From: Amoeboradix gromovi X-113
Lineage: Eukaryota > Fungi > Sanchytriomycota
DNA: 6,681 nucleotides
NCBI GenBank assembly: GCA_018985225.1
Contig: JADGIF010000557.1
Span: forward strand, 1-6,681
Direction: 5' to 3'
In this document: positions 6,442 through 6,681 of the stretch, in pieces
Numbering within the stretch: the first letter of the stretch is position 1
How the letters are laid out: every line of letters starts with the position of its first letter
Program-made: the position numbers and the translations under genes
Notes under the pieces: model-generated
Told to the model about the DNA's origin: nothing
The model's database searches: none
Seen by the model: only the letters and a program-made list of their open reading frames with translations

Positions 6442-6476
6442 CATTTGGGACATCAAATATAAAAACTGGACTAACT
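6442..6476 (+). repeat. Copy B of a 35-nt non-coding repeat (inverted relative to copy A)
   Basis: CATTTGGGACATCAAATATAAAAACTGGACTAACT. The four differences from copy A are all transitions. Confidence 0.8.
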
Positions 6477-6479
6477 TTC

Positions 6480-6681
6480 TGTAACAACTTGGAACATTAT
6501 TTCAGCTTTATTACTTTATGGATTTAAGAGGCGAGTGGACATTCAGCTAGTTGCGGAGTTGACGAGTATAAAAGGAAAATAAATATTTTGTACAGCTATT
6601 CTCTTACTCTTTCATCCAATCTTTATTTCAAATAAACCTCTGATTCGTAATACTAATTCATAGTACTAATTCATAATACCA
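6480..6681 (+). mobile_element. Possible retrotransposon LTR (5' or solo), probably truncated by the window edge
   Basis: Starts TGTAACA, followed by TATAAAAG (6567-6574), a pyrimidine-rich tract (about 6596-6629) and AATAAA (6631-6636), the usual U3-R-U5 order. No second LTR, PBS or gag/pol is visible. Confidence 0.35.
6648..6679 (+). repeat. 13-nt tandem repeat, about 2.5 units
   Basis: TAATACTAATTCA / TAGTACTAATTCA / TAATAC. Confidence 0.8.

Noticed and set aside
1-6681. CRISPR array, prokaryotic operon or defence system, tRNA or rRNA
   Set aside because: No regularly spaced repeats, no nuclease or RT ORF and no cloverleaf; the identified genes are eukaryotic housekeeping genes, two with spliceosomal introns.

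Overview
AT-rich, very compact eukaryotic nuclear DNA, not prokaryotic. It holds seven protein genes between 244 and 6247: TRAPPC8/Trs85 (-), RNA Pol III subunit Rpc11 (-), Cox19 (+), a LYAR-type zinc-finger protein (+), an unknown 2-TM protein (-), purine nucleoside phosphorylase (+) and dynein light chain roadblock (+). Most intergenic gaps are 8-98 bp. Two genes are split by 19-nt GT-AG introns with nearly the same consensus. The gene block is bracketed by two inverted copies (31/35 nt identical) of a non-coding element whose substitutions keep a hairpin intact. One unusually long 517-bp gap contains several stems, and the right edge looks like the start of a retrotransposon LTR. The organism is inferred, not shown, to be a genome-reduced early-diverging fungus or relative that still has respiring mitochondria and uses the standard code. 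No nuclease, transposase, CRISPR array or recognisable RNA gene was found.
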